Positions 19,822 to 29,686 are shown, numbered from the whole stretch's first letter. The stretch is DNA of 63,436 bases, filler included, from Candidatus Desantisbacteria bacterium CG1_02_49_89 (GCA_001871075.1; 5 parts of 5 records of this genome joined end to end with filler, not necessarily neighbours in it); one strand, 5' to 3'. The notes: generated by a model from the sequence alone, not told the origin. Made by a program: numbers and translations.

Positions 19822-20516
19822 CTTGGCCCGCCCGTAAGACGGGCGAAACCTTCGCGGCTACATTAGGTGCGTTCGGGGAACGGACCCTGCAAATACACGC
19901 AACCTCCCTCCTTAAAGATTGGCGGGTCTTCGAAAAGGTTGCGGCTACCTCAGGGGCAAGCAAGCTTGCCCCTACGCGAAAAGCAACCATATTCGGGCGT
20001 GATCCTCCAAACTGACTGGCGGACAGGGGAATTGAACCCCTACAAAGCTTATAGGATACCACTTTTGCCCAAAAGTGGTGTCCTTTATAATACCACTTTA
20101 GGTGACACTTTTATTAACTGTATGACCGCTCAAAGACCGCTATAAGAATCCCTCTGTGTCTCCCTTTATAAAAGGGAGAGCGGGCGTGATGAATCACGCC
20201 CCTACAAACGCAAACCTCCCTCCTTAAATTGGCCTGGAAGGGGAAATAATGGGGACGGGTTCATTTATTTCAACGCAACCTCCCTCCTTAAAGATTGGCG
20301 GGTCTTCGAAAAGGTTGCGGCTACCTCAGGGGCAAGCAAGCTTGCCCCTACGCGACACATAAATAGCAGAGCCCTCCATAAAAATTGGCGGATTTTCAAC
20401 AAGCTCTGCCGCTACAGAAATACGCAAGCCTAAAGGCTTGCCCTACGAAAAATAGGATATAATGTGCGACGAAACGTCGCACCGCTACAAAACGCAGGCT
20501 GAAGCCTGCGGCTATC
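19822..20516 (-). repeat. Array of about 12 co-oriented heterogeneous GTAG-hairpin (REP-like) units, including an exact 83-nt direct repeat
   Basis: Units end in CTAC/CTGC/CTAT on the plus strand; 19897-19979 is identical to 20273-20355. Confidence 0.85.
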
Positions 20517-20532
20517 ATCCCCTCACCTTAAT

Positions 20533-23487
20533 TTATTTAACCAGAAGGAGCTTCCAGGCGAAAGCCCTGAGGTTAATTGTGAATTCCTGCCCGGCCAGGG
20601 GAATTGCATCGCCTGTCAGCGCGTTTGAAACCTCAAAACCTTTTTTCAATTTCAGTTTAAGGGGATCCAGTTTTATAACTGCATCCATGGTGCTGTCGGT
20701 CAGGTTCGAGACAACGATCAAAGCTCCCTTTTCATTCCTGCTGTATATGCTCGCCTTGACCCCTTCGGGGCAGGTTATATAACCTTCGTTTTTCCAGTAT
20801 GGAAGCCACGCGCAGTCTTTCTCGCCCACGCCGAAATTTTCCTGGGCTTTCCAGACCTTGGTCACCACAGAGGTCGGGGACGGGCGGCAGGCAATGTCGT
20901 GGAGCAGGGTTATCGAAAGCGCTGCTTCAAGGCTCCATTTCCCGCCTGGATAGACCAGGAACTGTGTCGGGATCCCCCAGTTCGTTCCCATAAACTCAGC
21001 CCTGAAAGCGCCCAGGGGGAAGACCTCAAGGATCTCACTCTTGGTTTTGCACTGCGCGAGCCTTGCCTGCATCCATTCGCCGTCCCACAAAGAAGTAGCG
21101 AAGGATATCGTTGGAGCTATGACGCAGGTTGAGTTGTGCGCGTCCACGAACCCGCCGTTCTTCGTGCAGACGGCGTTCAGCCTTTTCATTATGCTGCGCA
21201 CCGCGAATATCGGGTAGGTGGTTTTGACCTTTCCGTCCTTTACGTACCCGCACCCGTGCGCGGCGTTCGCGCAATCCCATGGCTCAACTGTGCCGTCAAG
21301 ATAAACGCCGTCTATGTGGTATTTGTCGATTATGTCCTGCACTCCCTGGACTATGAAATCCTGCCAGATGCTGTTATAGCAAACGATGTAATCTACCTGG
21401 GTGGGCTTGCGCGTGTACCCGCCCTTTTTCCCGCCTCCCGCGTCCTTGCACAGGACTTCATCCCTGCAAAGGTTCCATTCCGGGGCGATGTTGGATAATT
21501 CATACCCGAAATAGACCAGGAGCTTCATTCCGAGGCGGTGACATTCGGAAACAAGGCTTTTCAGCTCTTCGGCGTGCATTTCACCGGGATAATTCTGGAT
21601 ATCCGTCCAGTGCTCGTGGAAAACTATGGTATTCACCCCGTCCTTTTTAAGCTTCGCGAGCTGTGACAGCGGGGCGGTATTGTTAGGTGTCGCGGCAGGC
21701 GGCTTTTCGATGCCGTAATTGGCGCCGTGCGCGATGCGCCAGTAGCGCCATCCTTCAGGATATTTCTTTACCGGAGTTCCCTGGAACCCGAAAGTATAGG
21801 TCAGGGGCGAATCCGCCTGCAGCGGGGTGGAAATAATGGAGATGCGCATTGTAACCATATCCTCGCCCATCTCAGCTCTTATCACGCTGTTCTCGTTCCT
21901 GTTATTCCATCCCTTGTCGGATTCCGCGAACCAGCCGAAACCGAGGTCCTCGTTCCCCAGCCAGAAGAACGGGGCGAACTGCATCGCCATGTTGTTCTTT
22001 AATTCCCCGGTATTCTTGGGCTGGCCGTTAAACGCGGGCCAGTAATTGAAAAGCGCGGCGAATTCTTTTTTGATAGGGACCAAAAGAGCAAGCTTGTCAA
22101 TGGATAGTTTTTCTTTCGGGCTCAAAGTAAGGTCTATCCTTATCATTCCGTCGTATTCTATGAGAACGTCAGCTGAAACGTCCAGAGCGCCGTATTTGCC
22201 TGACGCTTTCATTATTACCTTTGAAGGGCTTTTTGTTACCACGGCCAGGCTCTGGCCTGAAAGCGCGACCGGCTTTTTGTCTATGACAGTTTCCAGAGTT
22301 ATGGGTCCGGAGAGTATAGAGCTGCCCTGATTAATAACAGCAGAAGGCAGGAACGAGCCTGAGAAATCATATGTTCTGCCCCAGCATTTGACTTTCTGGC
22401 CGTCAATTTCCATCGGGGTCCAGGGAGCAAACACTTCATCGGTTATTCCGGCTTTTGAACCGATCCAGGGATAAACGGCAATACCGAGTTTGCTGCTTGC
22501 CTCGGTAAGAACCTTGTCTTTTTTATCAATAAGCGATGCCTTTATTTCGTATTCGCCTGCCGGAAGGTCCGCTATACCGAGTTCTGTTTCAACCCTGTAT
22601 TTCGCGTCAAACTCCTTTATCTGCCCGGTCTTCAAGATCTTCCCTTCAGGAGAAACGAGCTCCACTTTCGCTTTCAGGTCCGTAGGCTTTAAAGAGCCAA
22701 ACTCCTTTTTTGACGCTCCGAGCTTCACAACCGCGGTCTTTTTGACAAGGGGATACGGCACGACCTCCATGCTCAGGCCCGGGTACTGGATGGGCGCGAC
22801 CTTTATCTCTTTCCCTTCTTTCTTTGCGGACACCGCGTAAGCGTAGATCTTCACTTCGTCAAGGTCGCCGTTGAAATCATCCCCCCAGCTCCTGCCTATC
22901 TTTATAGGGCTGTTGTTATTAAGGTCACCTTTCGTGCTGTCCGAAGCCTCGCCTGCCTGGATGCCGTCCACATACAAATACAGTTTCCTGTTATCGCCGT
23001 CCCTCACGCCCAGGATGTGGTGCCATTTTCCGTCAGTAAGGTTCGCTGACACTATCCCTGCCATCGAGGAGCCGTCCCAGTTCCTGAAATGGATCTCTCC
23101 CCCGGCAAGCTGGTCAAAGGTAAAAGGATACGTGTTGCCTACTTTCCCGAGGAAGTGCGCGTCCGGCGCGGGCCTCTTCGAACTTTTAAACCAGAACTCG
23201 ATGGAATAGTCGTCGTTCTCACCGCCGATGTCAATGCTGTCGGAATGCGGGACCTCAACGTAATCGTTCTCTCCTCTGAAAGAAAGCGCGGAATTGCTGA
23301 CCCCGGTTATCCATCTGGCATCATGTATTGTCCCGTCATTTCCTTTACCGGAAATATCTTTTACGGTATCCCCGCTGCCCTCGTCAAAATTCCACCAGCC
23401 CCACAGTTCCTTTCCCGCCGCGCGAACCTGGCAACAGGAAGCAACGCAAAAACCGAGAACAAATAACAGCAAAACAGAGTTTTTCAT
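20533..23487 (-). CDS. Secreted LamG plus DUF6067-type putative glycoside hydrolase
   Basis: Signal peptide, GWWNFDE LamG, IEYDGMI, GFGWFAESD, IDGVYLDG, LWDGE motifs. Confidence 0.7.
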   Translation of the reverse strand: MKNSVLLLFVLGFCVASCCQVRAAGKELWGWWNFDEGSGDTVKDISGKGNDGTIHDARWITGVSNSALSFRGENDYVEVPHSDSIDIGGENDDYSIEFWFKSSKRPAPDAHFLGKVGNTYPFTFDQLAGGEIHFRNWDGSSMAGIVSANLTDGKWHHILGVRDGDNRKLYLYVDGIQAGEASDSTKGDLNNNSPIKIGRSWGDDFNGDLDEVKIYAYAVSAKKEGKEIKVAPIQYPGLSMEVVPYPLVKKTAVVKLGASKKEFGSLKPTDLKAKVELVSPEGKILKTGQIKEFDAKYRVETELGIADLPAGEYEIKASLIDKKDKVLTEASSKLGIAVYPWIGSKAGITDEVFAPWTPMEIDGQKVKCWGRTYDFSGSFLPSAVINQGSSILSGPITLETVIDKKPVALSGQSLAVVTKSPSKVIMKASGKYGALDVSADVLIEYDGMIRIDLTLSPKEKLSIDKLALLVPIKKEFAALFNYWPAFNGQPKNTGELKNNMAMQFAPFFWLGNEDLGFGWFAESDKGWNNRNENSVIRAEMGEDMVTMRISIISTPLQADSPLTYTFGFQGTPVKKYPEGWRYWRIAHGANYGIEKPPAATPNNTAPLSQLAKLKKDGVNTIVFHEHWTDIQNYPGEMHAEELKSLVSECHRLGMKLLVYFGYELSNIAPEWNLCRDEVLCKDAGGGKKGGYTRKPTQVDYIVCYNSIWQDFIVQGVQDIIDKYHIDGVYLDGTVEPWDCANAAHGCGYVKDGKVKTTYPIFAVRSIMKRLNAVCTKNGGFVDAHNSTCVIAPTISFATSLWDGEWMQARLAQCKTKSEILEVFPLGAFRAEFMGTNWGIPTQFLVYPGGKWSLEAALSITLLHDIACRPSPTSVVTKVWKAQENFGVGEKDCAWLPYWKNEGYITCPEGVKASIYSRNEKGALIVVSNLTDSTMDAVIKLDPLKLKLKKGFEVSNALTGDAIPLAGQEFTINLRAFAWKLLLVK

Positions 23488-23509
23488 GTTTCTCCTTTTA
23501 TTTAATGAT

Positions 23510-23770
23510 GATTACGGTGATTTCAAAATTAACCACAGAGGCACGGAGGCACAGAGAAATACATTTTTGCCACTGTCCGCCCGTCTTTACAGCGGGCGAG
23601 ACCTCGCCCCGATGGCCATCGGGGCGGGAAGGTACTGAGATAGATTGCTTCGTTTTTACTCGCAATGACCTTTCAGTGAATTCAGTGAACTCAGTGGCTA
23701 ATTTCAGATTTTACTATGACTCTTTGACTCGGCGCCTGCCCGCCCTTGTCCGCCAATTTTTAAGGAGGAA
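23510..23770. repeat. Composite intergenic repeat cluster
   Basis: GATTACGGT, CACRGAGG and TCAGTGAA arrays; double-hairpin insert 23576-23628; GATTGCTTC..CGCAATGAC half-element; TCCGCCAATTTTTAAGGAGGA module. Confidence 0.75.
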
Positions 23771-23773
23771 ATC

Positions 23774-25183
23774 TTACTGGGCGGGACTCTCTGACTCTTT
23801 ATTTAAGCGGGCGGGCTTGATGGTCCAGGACTGCAGCTTCGCCCACCTTATGATATTCTTTCCCTCAAAGCCCTGCACGAACAGCCACTGGTCCTTGTAT
23901 TTCAGGTTTTCAAAGTCCCCTGATTTAACCGCCTGGGGATAGTTATCCGCGCTTTCGATCTTAACAGTCTTCGCCGCGGGTTTCAGCATTGCTGCCGCCA
24001 TCGACCTTATGAAGCTGCCCGGGCCTACGCGCGCGCTGCCGATCTTTATTTCAGACGGCACGCGCTTGAATCCCTTTACGTACTGATTTACTTCAGCGCA
24101 TTTCCTGAGGAACTCGGTTTTTTTAAGTTCTATCTTTCCTTTGAAATCCGGGAAATCCGAAACAGGCCCTGCTGTTTTTTGCAAAGGGATGCAGGCAGGC
24201 AGGGAACGTTTTTTAAGCAGAATCTCAAGCGCGGATGAAAAAAGGGAAAAGATCTCGGCAGGGGAAAAATATCCTTTGCCCGGTTTCGTATAACCCAACT
24301 CTTTCACCGTGCTCTCGGCAAGGGACCTCAGTTCCTTCAACGCGACCTTTTCTTTCGCGGGAAGTTTATACTGCCTGTAAAGCTCCCCGTACGTGATCAC
24401 TTCCACGCCCGGCTTCGCGAGCACCCAGTCAGTAAAATCCGTTATACCTTTTTTCAGGCTTTCAAACGCCGCCTGCGGGCGCAGGGCCGCGGGTTTCCAC
24501 GCCCACGGAGCGGTATTCCTTCCGTTGAAATTCACGCCGTCCCAGAATTCCGCCGCCACGAGCTTGCAGGGATGGGTTCCCAGGACTATCAAACCGTCAG
24601 GAAGGTTCTTTTCTTTTTCATAAATGCGCTCAAAGCCGGCCTTCATTTTTTCAAAATCGCCTGTTTCAAAGTAATCATCGAACCCAAGGTTCCAGAGGAT
24701 CCCTTCAAGCGCGGAGCAGTACCAAAGCGGCTTCAGTTTTGACAGAGAAGAAAGGAAAGTCCAGGTCATAACCGGGATCCCCATCTGGCACATCGCGTAA
24801 AGGACCTGGGGGGCGAACGAACCGCCGGGCTGCATGTACGAAGACGGGTGCTGGCCGAATATGTCCTCAACATCTTTTATCCCTTCCGCTTCCTTCCTTA
24901 TAACCTCGTTTATCCCGTCGTCCCAGTCCATCGTGTCAAGGTATTCCGGGAACGTGGGATGCACGGAATGGACGTTGGAATGGTAGTCTGCCTCGTTCCC
25001 GCTCACAAGATTAATGATGTCCCCGCGCTTCCTTGCCTTAAGTGCCCTGGCGTATTCGGCGACAACATTGAAGCATCCCCTGATCTTTCTTTCGGCAAAG
25101 AGCTTCGCCCAGAACTCCACGGCATCGTCGTGCTGCGGGGTGATGTAGTCTTCGGTATCCAGGGAAAAAATTACGCGCACCAT
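23774..25183 (-). CDS. Polysaccharide deacetylase-like (NodB-fold) protein
   Basis: FSLDTED, YHSNVHSVHP, LGTHP motifs; ATG at 25183 with GGAG SD. Confidence 0.6.
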   Translation of the reverse strand: MVRVIFSLDTEDYITPQHDDAVEFWAKLFAERKIRGCFNVVAEYARALKARKRGDIINLVSGNEADYHSNVHSVHPTFPEYLDTMDWDDGINEVIRKEAEGIKDVEDIFGQHPSSYMQPGGSFAPQVLYAMCQMGIPVMTWTFLSSLSKLKPLWYCSALEGILWNLGFDDYFETGDFEKMKAGFERIYEKEKNLPDGLIVLGTHPCKLVAAEFWDGVNFNGRNTAPWAWKPAALRPQAAFESLKKGITDFTDWVLAKPGVEVITYGELYRQYKLPAKEKVALKELRSLAESTVKELGYTKPGKGYFSPAEIFSLFSSALEILLKKRSLPACIPLQKTAGPVSDFPDFKGKIELKKTEFLRKCAEVNQYVKGFKRVPSEIKIGSARVGPGSFIRSMAAAMLKPAAKTVKIESADNYPQAVKSGDFENLKYKDQWLFVQGFEGKNIIRWAKLQSWTIKPARLNKESESPAQ

Positions 25184-25202
25184 AAAAACTCCATTCAAAA
25201 TA

Positions 25203-25330
25203 AGTTTACAGAGTTTACACAGGTTACAGAGGTTACAGAGTAAAAGCCGGATACAATAGTTTACAGAGTTTACAGAGTTTTAAAACTTATGACTTTGTAA
25301 ACTTTATAAACTATGTAAACTATGTAAACT
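25203..25330. repeat. 9-mer AGTTTACAR tandem arrays in inverted arrangement
   Basis: AGTTTACAG repeats facing TGTAAACT repeats; the same unit occurs at about 40573, 44008 and 54598. Confidence 0.85.
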
Positions 25331-25333
25331 GTT

Positions 25334-26671
25334 TTACAGGATTTTAACTGTCCTGAACTGCGGGAGGTAATCCTCGTTCTTATAAAGCAGCTCCTGCGTC
25401 ATCTTCTTGATCTCGCGCAATGAAAGGACCGCGGCTGAAAGCGGGTCATAGCAGATCGCCCTGTAAACAAGGGTCGGGTCCCCGGTCAGCGCCGCCTCCA
25501 CAGCCATCTCCTCCACGGCTATGCTCACATTGTTCAGCGCCGCGCACTGGGGCGGAAGCGGGCCGACGTAAGCCGCGTTGAACCCCTTCCTGTTCGCGAC
25601 AACAGGCACTTCAACGCACGCGTCCTGCGGGAGATTCGGTATTAATCCCTTATTGGGCACGTTGCCGTTGAATTCGTACATCTCTCCTCCCATATAGGAA
25701 TTGACTATCGCGGACGCGTATTCAGCTCCCCTGTCAAGAGAGAACGGAGCTCCTTCCCTGAACCATTTCCTGACGTCTTCCTTCCAGTGTTTGTCGGCGT
25801 GCAGGTAATGCTTGACTATGTAGGCGTATTCCCCGGCGTTCCAGCCAGAGCCCTTGATCGGCGTGCAGTATTTCTTTATCAGGTCCGGGCGCTTCCTGAA
25901 CCACCAGTTATATTCGGAATTGTGGCCGCTGGATTCGGTGACGTAGTAACCCAGGGCAAGGAACATTTCGTTGCGCACAAGCTCCTCGTTGTAGATCTTC
26001 TTATTCGTGAGCACGGCCTTCCGCAGCTTCGGGTAAACATCCTTGTGGTCGCACTCATACTTGATGAACCACGACTGGTGGTTGATGCCCGCGCACACGT
26101 AGGTGACCTTGTCCATCGGGACCTTTGCCCAGCTGGCTATCTGCCACGCTGTTCCCTGAACGCTGTGGCAGAGCCCGGAGAGCTTTATAAAAGATCTTCT
26201 CTGCATCGCCCTGCACAGCATTGCCATAGGATTGGTATAGTTAAGGAAGATCGCGTTGGGGCACAGCTCTTCCATATCCTTGCAGATGCTGACCATCACG
26301 GGGATCGTGCGCAGCGCCCTGAAAACACCCGATATGCTGCGGGTATCCCCGATATTGGTGTCAACACCGTATTTCTTGGGGATCTCGATGTCATGCCTCC
26401 ACACCTGCACAGGCGCGGCAAGGATCGTGCACATAACCGCGTCAGCGCCTTTCAGCGCTTCCCTCCTGTTCAGGGTCGCTATCACCTTTGCCGGGTACTT
26501 GCCCCTGTCAACGATGATCTGCACCGCTTTCCTGGCGAACTCAAGCCGCTCCCTGTTAACGTCCATGAGCACAAGCGTTGAATCCTTCAGCAATGGATAC
26601 GTAAGAACGTCCCTTACCAGCCCCCTCGTAAAACCCAGACTGCCCGCACCGATGAAAACGATCCTCGCCAT
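25334..26671 (-). CDS. melA: GH4 NAD-dependent alpha-galactosidase
   Basis: [33 protein letters not shown] motifs. Confidence 0.9.
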   Translation of the reverse strand: MARIVFIGAGSLGFTRGLVRDVLTYPLLKDSTLVLMDVNRERLEFARKAVQIIVDRGKYPAKVIATLNRREALKGADAVMCTILAAPVQVWRHDIEIPKKYGVDTNIGDTRSISGVFRALRTIPVMVSICKDMEELCPNAIFLNYTNPMAMLCRAMQRRSFIKLSGLCHSVQGTAWQIASWAKVPMDKVTYVCAGINHQSWFIKYECDHKDVYPKLRKAVLTNKKIYNEELVRNEMFLALGYYVTESSGHNSEYNWWFRKRPDLIKKYCTPIKGSGWNAGEYAYIVKHYLHADKHWKEDVRKWFREGAPFSLDRGAEYASAIVNSYMGGEMYEFNGNVPNKGLIPNLPQDACVEVPVVANRKGFNAAYVGPLPPQCAALNNVSIAVEEMAVEAALTGDPTLVYRAICYDPLSAAVLSLREIKKMTQELLYKNEDYLPQFRTVKIL

Positions 26672-26686
26672 TTGGCCTCCGATTCA

Positions 26687-26785
26687 GTGTCAACGTGTCA
26701 ACGTGTCAACGTGTCAAAGTTAAAGCTTTAAATCGAAATCCTTGCAGTTGCTCTGACACGCTGATACGCTAATACTCTGACACGC
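26687..26785. repeat. 8-mer GTGTCAAC arrays in inverted arrangement
   Basis: Four GTGTCAA units at 26687-26717; TGACACG-type units at 26754-26785. Confidence 0.85.
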
Positions 26786-26788
26786 ATT

Positions 26789-27571
26789 TTAAACACATCC
26801 CCAGCAATCCAAAAACTGCTGACGGCTCTGTTTTATCGACTCGACCCATTCGGATCCCGCGTTCTGCGTGCAGCCCATCTCGAAAGTCGCGACTCCGTCA
26901 AACTTGCGCCGCCTCAAAGCCGCAACAGCTGCCGTCAGGTCCAGGTTCCCTTTACCCAGCAGCTGGTGCTGGTCATTTTCCCCGTCGTTGTCGTGCACGT
27001 GCAGTTCAAATATTTCAAGCGGCATGGAATATATGAAGTCCTCAACGGACATCTCCCCTCTCAGCCATTTCAGGTTCATGTGCCCCAGGTCCAGGAGCAT
27101 CCCGAAACCATTGCCGCCGACATGGTCGGCAAGCGCCTTGAAATCCTCACGCGTTGTAAGGCAGGTCCCGTTCTCGACTGCCGCCTTTATGCCCAGCGGC
27201 GCTATTTCCCCGACAAGGTCCAGGATAACGCGCTTCATCACGCCGGTGTTCAGTTTTTTTTGGCCGCCTTCAACCGAATGGTACTGGTCTATTGAGAAAC
27301 AAAGGACCTTGCCAGTGTTTTCGTGGAACGCCTTCACCGTTTTTATGTAACCGCCGATCTTTTCCGTAATGACTTCGCTTGCTTCGTTTGCAGTGTGGAA
27401 AGTGACGTTCAAACCGGTCTCTATGACCGCTTTGACAGCGCCTTCCTCCTCTTCCCTGTCCGAGAAGAAAGGATGCAGGCTTACAGCTTCAAAACCCGCC
27501 TCTTTGACCACCTTTATCTTTTCAGGCAAAGGCAGGTTCCCGATACCCCACTCTATGAATGATGTTATCAT
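26789..27571 (-). CDS. Sugar phosphate isomerase/epimerase (AP endonuclease 2 TIM barrel)
   Basis: VEN, LDLGH, LHVHDNDG..DQH...G.G, FE motifs. Confidence 0.85.
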   Translation of the reverse strand: MITSFIEWGIGNLPLPEKIKVVKEAGFEAVSLHPFFSDREEEEGAVKAVIETGLNVTFHTANEASEVITEKIGGYIKTVKAFHENTGKVLCFSIDQYHSVEGGQKKLNTGVMKRVILDLVGEIAPLGIKAAVENGTCLTTREDFKALADHVGGNGFGMLLDLGHMNLKWLRGEMSVEDFIYSMPLEIFELHVHDNDGENDQHQLLGKGNLDLTAAVAALRRRKFDGVATFEMGCTQNAGSEWVESIKQSRQQFLDCWGCV

Positions 27572-27580
27572 ATTTTATTT

Positions 27581-27644
27581 ATTATACTATGTTATATGAA
27601 AAAGTCAAGCGTTCATTGACAATTATTGTAATTTCTGATATAAT
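27581..27644. promoter_or_regulatory. Back-to-back divergent sigma70 promoters
   Basis: Plus strand TTGACA(27616)-17-TATAAT(27639); minus strand TTGACT(27608)-16-TATAAT(27586). Confidence 0.8.
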
Positions 27645-27654
27645 AAGGTTTGAT

Positions 27655-28098
27655 ATGAGAAACGAAAGGGGATTTACCCTTATTGAGGTGGTAATATCGG
27701 CGGTCATTTTTCTGATCGCCATAGCGGGCGTCCTCTACCTTTTTCCAAGGGGTATGCGGTCCATAGCAAGAACAAAGGAGCAGACCCAGGCCGTAAACCT
27801 GGGCCAGGAAAAGATCGAGGAGATAAGAGGCGTTGCCTATTCAAGCATCACAGCAGGCATCCCCTCCTCGGCTCCGCCCTATAAAAACAGCGCTCTTTCT
27901 GACACCGCGGCCGGATGGGACCTTGCGGTAAGCCGCACCGTGACCGTGCAGGCGGTTGACGACGCCAGGGACGGCACAGGCGGGGCTGACTCCGACGGCG
28001 ATATGGATGATTATAAAAAAATTTCCGTGACCCTGAAATGGGCGTCAAAAGGTGAAACGCATGAGATCCAGCTGTCCACCATTCTTACAAAAAGATAA
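27655..28098 (+). CDS. Type IV prepilin-like protein (PilV-like)
   Basis: RG|FTLIEVV class III signal peptide; KKISVTLKW C-terminus. Confidence 0.88.
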   Translation: MRNERGFTLIEVVISAVIFLIAIAGVLYLFPRGMRSIARTKEQTQAVNLGQEKIEEIRGVAYSSITAGIPSSAPPYKNSALSDTAAGWDLAVSRTVTVQAVDDARDGTGGADSDGDMDDYKKISVTLKWASKGETHEIQLSTILTKR

Positions 28099-28612
28099 CC
28101 GGGCCGCGGGGGGTTTTACTCTCGCGGAGCTCCTGATCGCCTCTTCTGTTTCGGTCGCAATGATCGGCATCGCGCTGCTCATCCTGATCAGCAGCCTGGG
28201 CTCATATGTGCAGGGTTCAAGGCGGGCGGGGGTGGAACAGAACTCAATGCTGCAGTCCGAAAGGCTCGCGCGGGAGATCCGGCAGGCGAAGAAAATAACC
28301 CGGATAACAGAGACCGGGACATATCCGCTTTACTTAAAAATAAAATTCCTTGCCTTGAACGATAAAGAAGTTTCATACCTGTATGACGCCGAAAGCAAAA
28401 ATCTTGCCCGCAAAGAAACCGGGGTGCCGGACAGGATGATAGCGCGCATATTCCAGACGCATGACGACGTGGCCTTTGCGGGCTTTGACCGGGACGGCAA
28501 TACCACAACTGTCCCGGCTGATGTAAAGTCAATAAGGATAAGCCTGAAGGTAACAGACGATAAGAACGAAAATACTTCCGCGGTAAGGACAATGATTTCT
28601 CTGAGGAATTAA
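28052..28612 (+). CDS. Type IV prepilin-like protein (PilW-like; start uncertain)
   Basis: GG|FTLAELL motif; LAREIRQA; C-terminal ISLRN. Confidence 0.85.
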   Translation: MKRMRSSCPPFLQKDNRAAGGFTLAELLIASSVSVAMIGIALLILISSLGSYVQGSRRAGVEQNSMLQSERLAREIRQAKKITRITETGTYPLYLKIKFLALNDKEVSYLYDAESKNLARKETGVPDRMIARIFQTHDDVAFAGFDRDGNTTTVPADVKSIRISLKVTDDKNENTSAVRTMISLRN

Positions 28613-28615
28613 AAA

Positions 28616-29578
28616 ATGCTTAACCAGAAGGGGTTTGTTTTTGAGGTGACGATATTCGTGGTGGCCGCGGTATGCCTATTCAGCGCCGTTTTTATGGGCC
28701 TCGTGGTTTTCAATACGAGAACAAGCAGGCGTATATCCTATTCGGCCATAGCGTTCTACGCCGCTGACGGCGGAATGGAGAGGGCGGTATATTACCTGAG
28801 GCAGGACCCAGACGCGGACTGGTCAAACGACGGGGCAGATCCCCTGTTCAATGAATCCGGTTACAGGGTAAGAACCTACGGCGCGTCTAAGAATTCCGTG
28901 AAGGTTGAGTCGCTGGGAACGTTCCAGGGCGTGCAGAGGAAAATTTATTCCGAGATCACGAACTTTGACGCCGTATTCACCAGTACCCTGTTCTCCGGCT
29001 CGTACATAGGCATCGAGGGGAATGCCGACGTGGAGGGAAACGCGGTGGCATCCGACACTATATACATCAGCGGTTCCGCGTCCGTTGAAACACCCCAGGC
29101 GCATACTAACGTGCCCTTGCCGGAACTGACTGACCCCGGCTATTACATAAACAAGGCGGTCGCGAACAAGATGAACGGGAATTCAGGCGCGGGCGGAAAT
29201 TATTTCCAGGGCGGTTCGCCGGTGTTTTCCTCGCTGAACGGCGTGATATTCATTGATAAGAATCCAGACGGCTCCCCTGCGAACATTAACATATCGGCAA
29301 ACATATCAACCGATGTTGCCTGGGCGGATTCCACATTTTTAATTATTTACGGAAATTTAATAATCAGCGGCAACGTGAATTTCAGGGGGCTGCTGTACGT
29401 GACCGGCGACCTGCAGATTGTGGGGAACGTGGAAACGAGAGGACCCCTTATTGCGGGGTCCATTTCAAAAGTGAGCGGCTCAACTGATTTGCATTGCTGG
29501 TCAAACCCAGCCTATGAAGACCCGCACGGGTTCCAATCCGGAGTAATGGCAATCAAATGGATGGAGCTTGCGCCCTGA
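28616..29578 (+). CDS. PilX-like minor pilin
   Basis: QKG|F hydrophobic helix without Glu5; AFYAADGG; VESLG. Confidence 0.8.
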   Translation: MLNQKGFVFEVTIFVVAAVCLFSAVFMGLVVFNTRTSRRISYSAIAFYAADGGMERAVYYLRQDPDADWSNDGADPLFNESGYRVRTYGASKNSVKVESLGTFQGVQRKIYSEITNFDAVFTSTLFSGSYIGIEGNADVEGNAVASDTIYISGSASVETPQAHTNVPLPELTDPGYYINKAVANKMNGNSGAGGNYFQGGSPVFSSLNGVIFIDKNPDGSPANINISANISTDVAWADSTFLIIYGNLIISGNVNFRGLLYVTGDLQIVGNVETRGPLIAGSISKVSGSTDLHCWSNPAYEDPHGFQSGVMAIKWMELAP

Positions 29579-29592
29579 ATAGCTGAAAGGTG

Positions 29593-29647
29593 CCCGCCCC
29601 GATGTTGCGATGGGGCGAGGTCTCGCCCAGATTGAAATCTGGGCGGA
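29593..29647. repeat. Double-hairpin CGCCC module
   Basis: GGGCGAGGTCTCGCCC core between two hairpins, located between convergent genes. Confidence 0.75.
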
Positions 29648-29686
29648 AAAGTTAAATCAACTATCAATTGTGCCAAAATGAAACAC

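Noticed and set aside
19767-20145. Short ORFs upstream of dinD
   Set aside because: They are translations of REP-like hairpins.
19897-20355. Direct repeats as a possible CRISPR array
   Set aside because: Only two 83-nt copies, no regular repeat-spacer period and no cas genes.
23294-23942. 114-aa and 204-aa plus-strand ORFs
   Set aside because: They span a repeat cluster and overlap real minus-strand genes.
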